DNA of 64,000 nucleotides from an uncultured Nitrososphaerota archaeon (GCA_963842885.1 CAWJIE010000005.1:416001-480000); one strand, 5' to 3'. Counted from the first letter of the stretch, positions 1-10,021 are shown. The notes: a model not told the origin generated them from the letters alone. Made by a program: numbers and translations.

Positions 1-258
1 CGGGAGATTCGCCTTACTGGACAGATTCACAATAACAAGATGGAACGGATGAACGGGGAGATAAGAGACAGGGAGAAGGTGATGAGGGGTCTTAAGAACG
101 AAGACACGGCTATACTGACAGGGATGCGGATTTATCACAACTTCATACGGCCTCACATGGCCTTGCAGGGAGCGACGCCAGCGGAGAGGGCGGGAATCAA
201 GGTCGAGGGGGATAACAAATGGCTGACCCTAATCCAGAACGCAGCGAAGGAATCATGA
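1..258 (+). mobile_element. 3' end of a DDE-type integrase/transposase (truncated by window start)
   Basis: NNKMERMNGEIRDREK...YHNFIRPHMAL..TPAE matches the C-terminal part of the integrase core typical of thaumarchaeal IS transposases. Confidence 0.8.
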
Positions 259-293
259 ATCGAAGTAGAAAACACATAACTACACGATTCATG
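254..293. terminator. Hairpin overlapping the transposase stop codon
   Basis: CATGAATCG (254-262) and CGATTCATG (285-293) are perfect inverted repeats, with an inner GTAG/CTAC pair. Confidence 0.45.
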
Positions 294-340
294 TAAGACC
301 CTGTCTGGGCTACACTGGAGTGCCTTTCGACTCGTGGGAC

Positions 341-961
341 ATGACCGTAGTCGGCGTGTTTGCTGTTGCATTCGCAGTCGCAGGCTATGTCATGGTCTCC
401 GCTTGGCGAACGCAAAGACGATTGGAGAGAGAAAGAATGCCTCTCTTCGCTTCTGGAGAACTGGTATTTGTGAGTCATCGAAGCTGGTTCGTGCTCCTCG
501 CAGGCTTGCTGGTTCTCTATCCCGCACTCTGGATGGATAAGCAATCCTGGTTCCCACCGCCGAGCATTCCGACCATTTCGTTGGGAGAAGTACCCTTCCT
601 CGCCGTTCTTAATGTGATATTTGTCTTGCCAGCCGCCTATTTGTTCTACAGGTTCCTCAAGTCAAGGCGGATTGAGTTCTATGGCGGCTTTGTCAGGTTG
701 TTCGATTCATTGGGGCGGAATACGGTGGATGTTCCCTACTCTGATGTCAGGTTAGGAGTGCTGACAGGAGGAGGAGGCCTCAAAGCTCCACCAATCTATA
801 GGTTCAGACTATGCGTGGAATCGTCAGAGAAGGTGTCATTCTTCACAATAACTGACAGCCACGTCAAAGGGTCCCCTTACACAATCTGGCACTGGCTGGC
901 CGACAAGGCGATTCCTGAGGTTTGGATGTATGCCAACCACAGGTATGACAAGCTTTCTTAG
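341..961 (+). CDS. Hypothetical membrane protein (about 3 TM), possible IS passenger
   Basis: ORF 320..961 with hydrophobic segments; lower GC than core genes. Confidence 0.65.
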   Translation: MTVVGVFAVAFAVAGYVMVSAWRTQRRLERERMPLFASGELVFVSHRSWFVLLAGLLVLYPALWMDKQSWFPPPSIPTISLGEVPFLAVLNVIFVLPAAYLFYRFLKSRRIEFYGGFVRLFDSLGRNTVDVPYSDVRLGVLTGGGGLKAPPIYRFRLCVESSEKVSFFTITDSHVKGSPYTIWHWLADKAIPEVWMYANHRYDKLS

Positions 962-1043
962 CGCATGCCCATCAACCGAAACTTTACAGGGAGACGACTT
1001 TGGCCCGTCAACCGACAATCGACCAGAGCCTTCGAACATGACG

Positions 1044-1054
1044 TTTAAATATAA
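1044..1054 (+). promoter_or_regulatory. Candidate TATA box upstream of tfb
   Basis: TTTAAATATAA in the AT-rich spacer before tfb. Confidence 0.35.
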
Positions 1055-1099
1055 CCCATTTAAGGTATACGGTGCCAAAAAGCTTTTTGGTGACATGAT

Positions 1100-2053
1100 T
1101 TGTCTTCCAGAAGAGATCTGTTTCCCACCGACCAAAATGCCCAGTCGGAGCGCTGCCCCAGATGCGGCAGGCGACCGATGGTCATAGATTCTGCTACAGG
1201 TGAAATGGTGTGCAGCTTCTGCGGCTTTGTTGTCAAGGAACGTATCGAAGAGACGGGGCCTGAATGGAGGGCCTTTTCAAAGGAGGAGAAGGAGGACCGC
1301 AGCAGAGTTGGCATACCCACCTCTCTAGCCATGCACGACATGGGCCTGGCTACGGTCATAGGCCCCGAGGACAGGGACGCTTCAGGCAAGACGCTGGCCG
1401 GCAGCGTCCGGACCGCCATGGAGAGACTCCGGACCTGGGACGGGAGGAGCCAAGTCCATGAGCCGGTCGACAGGAACCTGAGGCAGGCTTTCAGCGAGCT
1501 GGACAGGCTCGCCGACAAGCTGAACATCTCTGACGTCGTGGTGGAGAGGGCCGCCTACACTTACAGGAAGGCGCTTGAGAAGGGCCTCGTGAGGGGAAGG
1601 AGCATCAGCGCCCTGATCGCGGCGTCGGTGTACGCCGCCTGCAGGGTTACCGAGACTCCGAGGACCCTGAAGGACGTGGCTGCTGCCAGCAGCGTGAAGA
1701 AGAAGGACATCGCCCGTTGCTACAGGCTGCTCCTTCGCGAGCTCGACCTCCGGATGCCCATCATGGACCCGGTGAAGTGTGTCTCGCGAATCGCCAGCAA
1801 GGCCGGCCTCACCGAGAGGACGAAGAGAAGGGCGGTGGACATCCTGAGGAGGGCCATCGAGTCCCGGACCAGCGCTGGGAAGGACCCTATGGGGTTGGCG
1901 GCCGCAGCGCTCTATGTCGCATGCGTCCTGGAAGGGGAGAACAAGACCCAGAAGGACATCGCCGAAGCGGCCGGGGTCACGGAAGTAACCATCAGGAACA
2001 GGTACAAGGGCCTCAAGACGGCGTTGAAGATTCAGGAACCCGCTGCGTCCTAG
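1100..2053 (+). CDS. tfb: Transcription initiation factor IIB
   Basis: N-terminal CPRC...CSFC Zn ribbon, GPEWRAF B-reader, two cyclin repeats (GKDPMGLAAAALY, VTEVTIRNRY). Confidence 0.97.
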   Translation: MSSRRDLFPTDQNAQSERCPRCGRRPMVIDSATGEMVCSFCGFVVKERIEETGPEWRAFSKEEKEDRSRVGIPTSLAMHDMGLATVIGPEDRDASGKTLAGSVRTAMERLRTWDGRSQVHEPVDRNLRQAFSELDRLADKLNISDVVVERAAYTYRKALEKGLVRGRSISALIAASVYAACRVTETPRTLKDVAAASSVKKKDIARCYRLLLRELDLRMPIMDPVKCVSRIASKAGLTERTKRRAVDILRRAIESRTSAGKDPMGLAAAALYVACVLEGENKTQKDIAEAAGVTEVTIRNRYKGLKTALKIQEPAAS

Positions 2054-2592
2054 AACGAAACCATCGCAGAAGTCATGACCCTGGCTTCGGCCAGCTGACG
2101 CAGTTTCTTTTGATCGTAGAGCTCAGGGAACTCCCTGCCGAGGAGATCCATGTAAAGGCTCACCTCCTCGTCCGTCATGTACTGGAACGAGTACTTCCCC
2201 TTGTAAGGAGCGGGAGCTCCCAGTCGGCTGTCCAGCTCGAAGTGCATGAACGGGTCGCTCTTCCTGATGGTGATGGGCCTGCGGGCGTTGTTCAGGTTGA
2301 CGGCCTCCAGCACCAGCCTGCCCACGTAGCCGCTGTGGACCTTGGCAGCGTTGAGGAAGGAGAGGCCCATCCTTCCGAACATGCTCTTGGCGGTCAGGTG
2401 CGCGACGTACGCGGGCGGCACGAAGACGACTTCGTTGGAGAGCAGGTTGTGGTGCTCGAGGTAGTTCATGGTGACGTCTTCCTTCACGGTAAGGACGTAG
2501 CCGTCCCCGTCCAACAGGGCTTCGTTGAAGGGATGGATTACCCTAAGCTTGGATTGTAGCTTGAGGAATTCGTCTTCTCCGATCACGCACAA
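2050..2592 (-). CDS. dCTP deaminase/dUTPase superfamily protein (divergent)
   Basis: AKSMFGRMG...VHSGYVGRLVLE...PYKGKY trimeric dUTPase/DCD-like motifs. Confidence 0.75.
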   Translation of the reverse strand: MCVIGEDEFLKLQSKLRVIHPFNEALLDGDGYVLTVKEDVTMNYLEHHNLLSNEVVFVPPAYVAHLTAKSMFGRMGLSFLNAAKVHSGYVGRLVLEAVNLNNARRPITIRKSDPFMHFELDSRLGAPAPYKGKYSFQYMTDEEVSLYMDLLGREFPELYDQKKLRQLAEARVMTSAMVSF

Positions 2593-2702
2593 ACGCGGTC
2601 ACTCACGGGCTTTGGTCGCATGGCCTCTTTATACTTGGTGCTGGCGCAGGGAACCGTCATTAGAAGAAGATGCACCGCGCGCCTCCGACTAATGGGGCCG
2701 AG

Positions 2703-3761
2703 TCACGCCGGCGACGGCGCGATGGGGATGGGTGCCGGCCGCGCATGTCGCCTGGCCATCACAGCCTTCATTATCATGTAGACCGCCAGGGCGAGGATGG
2801 CAAATGCGATGAGGTATACGAGGAGGTCCGCGTAGAACTGTCCGTACTGGAGGGAGGCGAGTGAGCTGAACTCGGAGGTCAGCGGAGGGAGCCCCCTGAC
2901 CTGGTCGAAGTAGAACAGGGAGTACTCGAAGTAGTCGAACCCCCAGTGCATCATCACCGCCACGGGGAGGCCGTGGGTGAAGTAGATGATGCCGAAGGCC
3001 AGCCCGATAACGAACGCATCGAAGAACTTCCCTATCTCCCAACCTCCCAGGACGTGCTGCACTCCGAACACGGCCGCGCTGAGCACTATTGCAGCATATA
3101 TCCCCTGCTGCCTCCACGCTTCGACCCTGAGCGCGCCGAGCGTCCTCGAAGGGTGCCAGAGCGCCCAGAGGCTCTTCCACTTCCCTCCGACCCTCAGGGC
3201 GATGAGCAGCGTCACCAGGCCGATGATTGTGACCCTGAAGCCGAACTCCTCCACGAGAGGGGCGTAGGTGAGGGACCAGAAGAGCAATCGAGCGTCGACG
3301 GTGGAGAGAGAGCCAATGGGGACCCCAGCCGAAGTGATTATGTTGTCCACAAATACCGCCAAAAGGAGGGTGAAGGGGAACGCGAACGACCACGTCAGCG
3401 CGCCGTTGGAGTAGACGGCCAGCGTGCCATCGGACCCGATGGACCTGAGGGCCTTGACCAGGTTGTACCATGGCCCCTTAAGGAGTAGGACGAACATCGC
3501 CACATACACAGCCCAAATGAAGAAGAAGGAGGCGCCTAGGCTGAGGATACCTGCGGGTATAGAGAAGAGGACCCGGATGCCCAGTACGAACACGGGGAGC
3601 TGCGTGAAGGTGGCCGCCGCGGAAGTGCCGTTCAACTGGTTGCTGAAGAACGCGTATGCCCCGAAGGGTAGCGAAAGGAATGCCAAGGCCAGCAGGGCCA
3701 GGCCCATAATCGCGACGAAGAGCAGGAGGCCCTTCTCGAAGGCATCATTCTTCTGGCTCAT
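2703..3761 (-). CDS. CPBP (CAAX/Abi) family intramembrane protease
   Basis: Multi-TM protein with EEFGFR, FGVQH and HWGFD motifs. Confidence 0.88.
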   Translation of the reverse strand: MSQKNDAFEKGLLLFVAIMGLALLALAFLSLPFGAYAFFSNQLNGTSAAATFTQLPVFVLGIRVLFSIPAGILSLGASFFFIWAVYVAMFVLLLKGPWYNLVKALRSIGSDGTLAVYSNGALTWSFAFPFTLLLAVFVDNIITSAGVPIGSLSTVDARLLFWSLTYAPLVEEFGFRVTIIGLVTLLIALRVGGKWKSLWALWHPSRTLGALRVEAWRQQGIYAAIVLSAAVFGVQHVLGGWEIGKFFDAFVIGLAFGIIYFTHGLPVAVMMHWGFDYFEYSLFYFDQVRGLPPLTSEFSSLASLQYGQFYADLLVYLIAFAILALAVYMIMKAVMARRHARPAPIPIAPSPA

Positions 3762-3957
3762 CTTCTATCCTCTCAAGGGCGACGCTGCCCACGTATCCGC
3801 ACTTGCTGCAGAAGTAGCCCTCAGGGGTGACCCTGCCGCTCAGCTGGTTTATGGGCTCGAGCTCGCTCAGGCAGTTGGGGCAGAGCTTCGTGGTGAAGAA
3901 CCGTCTCCTGATCCTAGGCTTGTCCGACGCGGCCTCTCGCCCCGGCTTCGATGCTAC
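3745..3957 (-). CDS. Small CPxC...CxxC zinc-ribbon protein (start uncertain)
   Basis: KLCPNCLSEL...YFCSKCGYVG; overlaps start of the CPBP gene. Confidence 0.6.
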   Translation of the reverse strand, partial: VASKPGREAASDKPRIRRRFFTTKLCPNCLSELEPINQLSGRVTPEGYFCSKCGYVGSVALERIEDEPEE

Positions 3958-4031
3958 CTTTCTCCCCCCTTTTAAGGCGAACGTATGATGGAGGGAGACG
4001 CACGACCGCCTTCTCGCACGGGCCCTGCTTC

Positions 4032-4340
4032 CTACTGCACTTCTATGCTCTCGGCGCCGAAACCCTGCGTCCCAAGGTAGTCCTTGACCTCGTCCCTGTG
4101 GTCTCCCTGAAGCAGGATGACCCCCTCCTTGGCGGTCCCTCCACACGCGAACTTCCTCTTCATGCTGCTGGCCAGCTGAGAGAGGTCGATGTGCTTAGGG
4201 TCCATCCCTTCGAGTATGGTTGTGGGTTTCCTGAAACGTCTCATTTCGAGTCGAACTACGATTCTCGACTGCTGCTTCTCGAGTTCTTCGCAGACGCAGA
4301 GGTCCTTCGGGAGGCCGCAGACCTGACAAACTTCGGCCAC
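4032..4340 (-). CDS. sui1: Translation initiation factor aIF-1 (SUI1)
   Basis: CQVCGLPKDLCVC N-terminus; KFACGGT..ILLQGDHR SUI1 signature. Confidence 0.95.
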   Translation of the reverse strand: MAEVCQVCGLPKDLCVCEELEKQQSRIVVRLEMRRFRKPTTILEGMDPKHIDLSQLASSMKRKFACGGTAKEGVILLQGDHRDEVKDYLGTQGFGAESIEVQ

Positions 4341-4465
4341 TGATAAATCCGACCCTACACAAATGCACGTGGATTATAAATCTATCTACATCGTACGTCG
4401 GCATCTTGGAAAAAGACTTGCCAGCGTTTTTATATCATCTAGTTCTACCACTCCAAAGGTTTAGG

Positions 4466-5095
4466 ATGGCAGCGCTATTTGACGTCGCCTCGGTGAGCTT
4501 CGTCGTGCAGCTGGCGACGGCCATCGCCGCCGGGGCAACGAGCGTGACGGCCTACAAGGGATTTAGGGCGACTGGAAGCGCCACATTCCTCAGGCTCTTC
4601 GCCAGCTTCGCCCTCCTGGCACTGGGGCTTCTCGCTGAAGGGCTGTCGGCGACCGTGGGCGGCGATGTCCTTTCGACGGCCGTGTTGATAGTCGGCTCCG
4701 CCTTGGAGGCTTGCGGCTACTTCCTGCTGGCTCTGTCTCACTTCTTCACGGTAAGGCGGGACATCTCCTCCCTGGGGACCCTTCTCCTCATACCCGCGAT
4801 CTCCGTCTCTGCGCTCATGTCAGTAAACCTCATCATGAGGGCCGTTTCGCTCTACCTCCTCCTCTACATCAGCGCGGAGACCTTCATCTTCTACTTCCAG
4901 AATCGCAGCAGTCCCACGCTGATCTCCATATCGGGGCTGCTCCTCATAACGCTGGGCGTCCTCCTTGACATGTTCAACATGCAGGCCGCCGACTTCGCCT
5001 TCATGTTCAACGTGTTGAAGCTCCTGGGCTTCGTCATACTATTCTCGCCGGTGGCCATCCTGTTCAGGCACAAGCCGGAGGTGACCTCGAAGTGA
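4466..5095 (+). CDS. Hypothetical multi-pass membrane protein (about 7 TM)
   Basis: Hydrophobic ORF, translationally coupled to the downstream wHTH gene. Confidence 0.75.
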   Translation: MAALFDVASVSFVVQLATAIAAGATSVTAYKGFRATGSATFLRLFASFALLALGLLAEGLSATVGGDVLSTAVLIVGSALEACGYFLLALSHFFTVRRDISSLGTLLLIPAISVSALMSVNLIMRAVSLYLLLYISAETFIFYFQNRSSPTLISISGLLLITLGVLLDMFNMQAADFAFMFNVLKLLGFVILFSPVAILFRHKPEVTSK

Positions 5096-5373
5096 CCACC
5101 TATCGCTCGCAGGTCCGCGTCATGGCCGACCTCCTGAGGGCCGTCAGGGATGACAGCGAAGAAGGAGCCAAGGTCACGGTGCTCCTCCGCAAGGCCAACA
5201 TGTCATATTCGAGGATGATAGACCTCACGGAGCAGCTGGTGGAGAATGGGCTCCTTGTGAAGATCCCCGTAGAGAGAGGCTCCGTCTACAAGCTGAGCGA
5301 CAAGGGGCGGGAGTTCCTTTCAAGCATGGAGACCTTCGAGGAGTACGCGGAGGCCTTCGGGCTCAAGATATGA
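5092..5373 (+). CDS. Winged helix-turn-helix transcriptional regulator (ArnR1-like/HTH_45 type)
   Basis: YRSQVRVMADLL...KANMSYSR...YKLSDKGREFL pattern. Confidence 0.85.
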   Translation: MTTYRSQVRVMADLLRAVRDDSEEGAKVTVLLRKANMSYSRMIDLTEQLVENGLLVKIPVERGSVYKLSDKGREFLSSMETFEEYAEAFGLKI

Positions 5374-5470
5374 CCCTCCGTCCTGGGTCGTATCCTGCCG
5401 GCTCCATCCAGATGTTCCAAAGGTTTCGCGGCCGTCACCCATTATATATCGAGGAGGCACTCGAACTGGT

Positions 5471-5947
5471 GTGACGAGGAGCGGCACTCTGAAGGCTTTC
5501 AAGTGGCTGCAGCTCGGGACGTTGTCAGTGGTTCTGCTCGTCATCGGGCTCGTCCTCCTCACCGGCTTGGGTACGATGCTCGCTACGAGTTTGTCGCAGC
5601 CTTCAATCACTGCGCAGGGGAAGGCCGTATCGCTCACGCTGAAATACCATTCTCTTAACCCCGGCCCCTTTTCGACCGACTCCGTCGTCATCTCCGTGTC
5701 CCTTCTCGACGCCAACGGCTCCGTCCTCCTATCCGCTTCGCCTCAGAGCTTCAAGGTGGACGCGTTCGCTACGGCTTCTGGGGACGTCACTTTCACCCTA
5801 AACTTCTCTCTGTTGTCGCAGGCCACTTTCGACGCCTTCCAAAACTCCACCGCACCACTCACCCTCAGGATCGGTGTCTCATCGGGGCTCGGCGGCCTTG
5901 TCCAGGTCGAGGTGACTTCCAACATGACAGTCTCGGGGGTGGAGTGA
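5471..5947 (+). CDS. Membrane-anchored beta-rich protein (LEA_2-like)
   Basis: N-terminal TM helix, then NPG motif and beta-strand pattern. Confidence 0.6.
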   Translation: MTRSGTLKAFKWLQLGTLSVVLLVIGLVLLTGLGTMLATSLSQPSITAQGKAVSLTLKYHSLNPGPFSTDSVVISVSLLDANGSVLLSASPQSFKVDAFATASGDVTFTLNFSLLSQATFDAFQNSTAPLTLRIGVSSGLGGLVQVEVTSNMTVSGVE

Positions 5948-5977
5948 GCCCTGGCTCGAAGCAAGCTTCTATGCAGG

Positions 5978-6457
5978 GTGACGGGGGCCGTGCTGGGCCT
6001 CGCGGTCGCCTACTGCGTCTTCTACCTTCTGCCGCAGTCGTTCGTCCTATTAGCGGCATTCATCGGGGTTTCTACGCCCGCAGGTGCGGTATCGGCGCTG
6101 GCCAGGCTCCAGGACCTGCTCATCCCTGCCGTCGCCATGGGGGTCGCCTATCCCCTCGCCCTGAAGACCAGATACGAGGGCGCCACGGCGACGGTCCTGG
6201 GGTTCGCCGTAGCCTTCTTCCTCCTATATACGTTCGAAGGGGGGTCGATGACCATCACAACGCTCCAGACGACCTCCACAGGGCTGCAGCTGAGCGTCGA
6301 CACGACCTTGAGATTCGCGCCTCTCCTATACCTTAGCTTGGTCCCGATTGCGGTCTTCATCGTGAAGAACTGCTACCTGAGCTACGTCGACATGAAGGAG
6401 GGGGTATCAGTTCCACTTGGTCCAGAAGAACCCGCAGCGCCGGTCAGCTCTGGATAG
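5978..6457 (+). CDS. Hypothetical membrane protein
   Basis: About 4 hydrophobic segments, typical codon usage. Confidence 0.65.
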   Translation: MTGAVLGLAVAYCVFYLLPQSFVLLAAFIGVSTPAGAVSALARLQDLLIPAVAMGVAYPLALKTRYEGATATVLGFAVAFFLLYTFEGGSMTITTLQTTSTGLQLSVDTTLRFAPLLYLSLVPIAVFIVKNCYLSYVDMKEGVSVPLGPEEPAAPVSSG

Positions 6458-6481
6458 GTCATCCTCCGGACGTCTTCTCCA

Positions 6482-6801
6482 GAGTCCTGCTTCTCATCTT
6501 ATGGCAGAACCGCAGGACCGCCGAAGGGAGACCGAGGAGCGATGGAGGAAGACTTGAAGGAGACGGACAGATGGGTGGAGGTCAAGAACCACGGGACGAT
6601 GAAGACGTATTCGATCTCATATCTCAACGCCAACGCCGGCAGAGCCAGGGAGCCGACCGTGGCGGCCGTTGTCGCTCTGGACGGAGCCTCAGAGGGAATG
6701 GTTTTCCACACTTCATCACGGGGGTCGCCCCGCAGAAGGTGAAGATCGGGTTCCATGTCAAGGTTCTCACCTATGGCGGGAAGTTGGAGCTCTCCCTCTG
6801 A
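6482..6801 (+). pseudogene. DUF35-type OB-fold protein, degenerate/frameshifted
   Basis: WVEV..GTMKTYSISY...VAAVVALDGA...H then, in another frame, VKIGFHVK; N-terminal Zn ribbon degenerate. Confidence 0.55.
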
Positions 6802-6821
6802 CCTCGTAAGGTCGAGAGCGC

Positions 6822-8210
6822 CTACTCTTCCATCTTGTGGTTCATGCTCTGGGCGGCCTTCTGACCCGTGCCCATGGCCTGAATGACGGTGGCCTCCCCG
6901 AGCACGACGTCGCCGGCCGCGTAGAGTCCCTTTATCGACGACTCGTAGGTGTCGTCCACCCTGATGAGGCCCTCTTCGCCGGCCGTAGCGAGGCCGGGGG
7001 TCGTCATCTGGATGAGCGGGTTCACCCTGTTCCCGATCGCTATCACCACTGTGTCCGCGTCCTTCATGAACTCCGAGCCTTCCACGGGCTTCGGCCTCCT
7101 TCTCCCTGACGCGTCAGGCTCGCCCAGCTCCATCGACTGAAGCTCAACTCCTTTCACGCTCCCCTTATCGTCGCCCAGGAACCTTGTCGGGGATGAAAGC
7201 ATCATGAACTGCGCTCCCTCCTCCTCTGCGTTGAAGACCTCCTCCTTCCTGGCCGGCATCTCGGCTCTGGTGCGCCTGTACATGATGTAGACTTCGTCAG
7301 CGCCCATTCGGAGGGCCGTCCTGGCGGAGTCCATGGATGTGTTCCCCGCCCCTATCACCACCACCTTCTGCCCGACCTTGACGGGCGTCCCGTACGTGGG
7401 AAAGGAATATGCCTTCAGCAGATTGATCCTGGTCAGGAACTCGTTGGAGCTGTAGATGTAGTTGAGGCTCTCGCCGGGCAGACCCATGAACTTCGGCGAG
7501 CCCGCTCCCGTTCCCACAAAGACCGAATCGAAGCCGTCGTCGAAGAGGTCCTTGACCTTGACCGTCCTGCCCACTATTACGCCGTGTTCGAACTCTACGC
7601 CCTGCCTCTTGAGGGCGTCCACCTCCTGCTCGACTATCTTTTTCGGGAGGCGGAACTCCGGTATGCCGTAGAGGACGACGCCTCCAGGCTTGTGCAGGGC
7701 TTCGAATACCTTGACTTCGTGTCCCTTAGCGATCATCTCCGCGGCCACCGTCAGGCCTGCGGGGCCGCTGCCCACCACCGCCACCTTCTTCCTGCCCTCT
7801 TCGCCGGGCCTTACCTCCTTGGACAGCCCGTTCTTGAGGGCGTAGTCGGCTATGTATCTCTCGACGGCGCCGATGGCGACCGGCTGACCGATGCGGGCGA
7901 GCGTGCACTCCTCCTCGCAGAGGCTCTCCTGGGGGCACACCCTCCCCGAAATCGCAGGGATTCTGTTCTTCTCCCTGACAAGGTCGTAGGCCTTGCCCAT
8001 GTCCTTCTCCTTCATGGCCTTCATGAAAAGCGGTATCTGGGCTCCGACGGGGCAGGCGCTTATGCAGGGCTGCTTAGGGCACTGCAGGCACCTACTGGCT
8101 TCGTAGGCGGCCTCTTCGTCGGTGAGCCCGAGGGCTACTTCGTTGAAGTCCCTGACCCTGTCCTCCGCCGCCCTCTTGGCCATCTGGGCCCGGGGTTGGA
8201 CTTTGCCCAT
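6822..8210 (-). CDS. nfnB: NfnB/SudA (GltD-like) subunit of NADH-dependent ferredoxin:NADP+ oxidoreductase
   Basis: RCLQC...CISACP, GRVCPQE..CE, GSGPAG and GAGNTSMD motifs; adjacent to the NfnA subunit. Confidence 0.9.
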   Translation of the reverse strand: MGKVQPRAQMAKRAAEDRVRDFNEVALGLTDEEAAYEASRCLQCPKQPCISACPVGAQIPLFMKAMKEKDMGKAYDLVREKNRIPAISGRVCPQESLCEEECTLARIGQPVAIGAVERYIADYALKNGLSKEVRPGEEGRKKVAVVGSGPAGLTVAAEMIAKGHEVKVFEALHKPGGVVLYGIPEFRLPKKIVEQEVDALKRQGVEFEHGVIVGRTVKVKDLFDDGFDSVFVGTGAGSPKFMGLPGESLNYIYSSNEFLTRINLLKAYSFPTYGTPVKVGQKVVVIGAGNTSMDSARTALRMGADEVYIMYRRTRAEMPARKEEVFNAEEEGAQFMMLSSPTRFLGDDKGSVKGVELQSMELGEPDASGRRRPKPVEGSEFMKDADTVVIAIGNRVNPLIQMTTPGLATAGEEGLIRVDDTYESSIKGLYAAGDVVLGEATVIQAMGTGQKAAQSMNHKMEE

Positions 8211-9062
8211 CTAGCTCGCCATCCTCTGCTGGAGTAGCTGCATTGCCAGCCCCTCCTCCGTTCTGTACTGCGAAAGCCTCGCCAGCAGCTCCCTGAAGTC
8301 GACCTGGTTGGCGTCGAAGTCCGGCCCGTCGACGCAGGCGAACTTGACTTCGCCGCCCACCCTGACCCTGCAGCCGCCGCACATCCCCATCCCGCATAGC
8401 ATTATGGGGTTGAGGCTGGCCACCGTCTTGACGCCGAAGGGCTGGGTCGTGTCGGCGACGACCTTCATCATTATTGTGGGGCCGACTGTGAAAACCCTGT
8501 CCACCTTCGTTCCTGACTGGAGTATCTCCCTCAAGACGTCGCTGACGAAACCCTTCCTCCCTTCGCTGCCGTCGTCGGTGGCTATCCTAAAGTCGTCGGA
8601 TACGGACTTGACCTCGTCCTTGAAGATCAGCTTCTCGGAAGACCTGGCGCCTATAATGGAGGTGACATGATTGCCGGCCTCCTTCATGGCCCTAGCCACC
8701 GGGTACGCCGTGGCGATCCCGACCCCACCGCCGACGATGACGACGTTCCCGGAGTTCTCGACTTCGGTGGGATTACCCAGCGGTCCCGCCAGATGATAGA
8801 GCTCCTCTCCTTCTGCGAGGAGGCCGAGCTTCCTGGTCGATGCTCCCACCTCGAGGAATACTATCGTGACGGTACCGCGCGACGTGTCCCAGTTCGCGGC
8901 CGTCAGGGGCACCCTCTCGCCTGTTTCCTCGCTCATCACCATCATGAACTGACCGGGCTTGACCCTTGAAGCAAGGATCGGGTTCTCCACCTCAATCAGG
9001 CGCGTCGAAGCCGCCAGGTCGCGCTTGAGGACGATTCTATTCAACGAGGAGGCACCACTCAA
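8211..9062 (-). CDS. nfnA: NfnA/SudB FAD/NAD-binding [2Fe-2S] subunit
   Basis: PGQF, ERVPLT, GPLG, GGGVG, CGMGMCGGC..CVDGP. Confidence 0.92.
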   Translation of the reverse strand: MSGASSLNRIVLKRDLAASTRLIEVENPILASRVKPGQFMMVMSEETGERVPLTAANWDTSRGTVTIVFLEVGASTRKLGLLAEGEELYHLAGPLGNPTEVENSGNVVIVGGGVGIATAYPVARAMKEAGNHVTSIIGARSSEKLIFKDEVKSVSDDFRIATDDGSEGRKGFVSDVLREILQSGTKVDRVFTVGPTIMMKVVADTTQPFGVKTVASLNPIMLCGMGMCGGCRVRVGGEVKFACVDGPDFDANQVDFRELLARLSQYRTEEGLAMQLLQQRMAS

Positions 9063-9334
9063 GCTTATGAGAAATCGAGCTAAAAAGGATGACGAATGTC
9101 GAAATTATTGACCTGTTGTTGGCATCTCGCAAGTTAGAGGCATAACGTGTTGCCAAAGCTCTCATAGCACGCCCGATATCAGCTGATGAGGTAATTATTT
9201 CGCATTTGTTTAATATAGTTTATGTATTTAGCGATTATGACAAAAGGGGCGGAAGGCCCCCAAGGCCCTCCTTCGCGCTGTCTTCATTGCAACAGCAACG
9301 CTAATAGCGCATTGCTCGCTACGGCAGCACGCAT

Positions 9335-10021
9335 ATGGTAATAGCCTGCAAGCTCTTCCGCCTGGGAATGCCCCTCACCCTTGACGGAGCCTATCAGAAG
9401 CTCGAAGGCTTCAGAGTCGAACGGGAAGACGAGGAGACGAAGCTCCAGCTCGTCACCGAGGTCCGCGACCTGAGGTACGAAGGAGGCGTCCTGAGGGGGA
9501 GGATCCTCAAGGATATGGTGATACGAATCAACCAGAGAGACGAATGGAGGCCCGCGCTGCGCACGATGGTGGCCCCGTTCCATTTCAAGGAGGTGGGCGG
9601 AGTCGTCCATCTCTTGATCTTCGAGAAGAAGCCGCGGGCCAACGAGCTGGCCAACGATTTCAGCCGCATACTCTTCCTCAGGCCGGCAGCGGTTGTCGAG
9701 GACAGGATCACCCCCGAGGTCATGGAGAAGTACTTTGAATCCAGCTTCGAGGACGCCCGCGTCGTCTACTTCGATCAGGTGGACATACCCAACATAACCA
9801 AGTTAGCTCTCTACGGCTCTGGACTCTCCGACACGAACACTTACCGGGACTATCTCACTCACGGTCGGCTGTGGTATGTGGTTGTGGCTTCGAAGAGCAG
9901 GAGGTTCATCGTGGGCCTGACAAGGAGTTGCGTGGTCACCGTTTTCACCCAGGTGGACTCCAGCGAGGTGGTCTCCTTCGTGTTCGACGAGGTGGCCCCT
10001 CTGGTCTCGGAATCCAGGTAG
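9335..10021 (+). CDS. Conserved hypothetical archaeal protein
   Basis: 228-aa ORF with genome-typical codon usage, operonic with the phosphoesterase. Confidence 0.75.
   Translation: MVIACKLFRLGMPLTLDGAYQKLEGFRVEREDEETKLQLVTEVRDLRYEGGVLRGRILKDMVIRINQRDEWRPALRTMVAPFHFKEVGGVVHLLIFEKKPRANELANDFSRILFLRPAAVVEDRITPEVMEKYFESSFEDARVVYFDQVDIPNITKLALYGSGLSDTNTYRDYLTHGRLWYVVVASKSRRFIVGLTRSCVVTVFTQVDSSEVVSFVFDEVAPLVSESR

Noticed and set aside
9180-9215. CTGATGAG as a hammerhead ribozyme core or C/D box
   Set aside because: No stem II plus GAAA, and no properly spaced D box.
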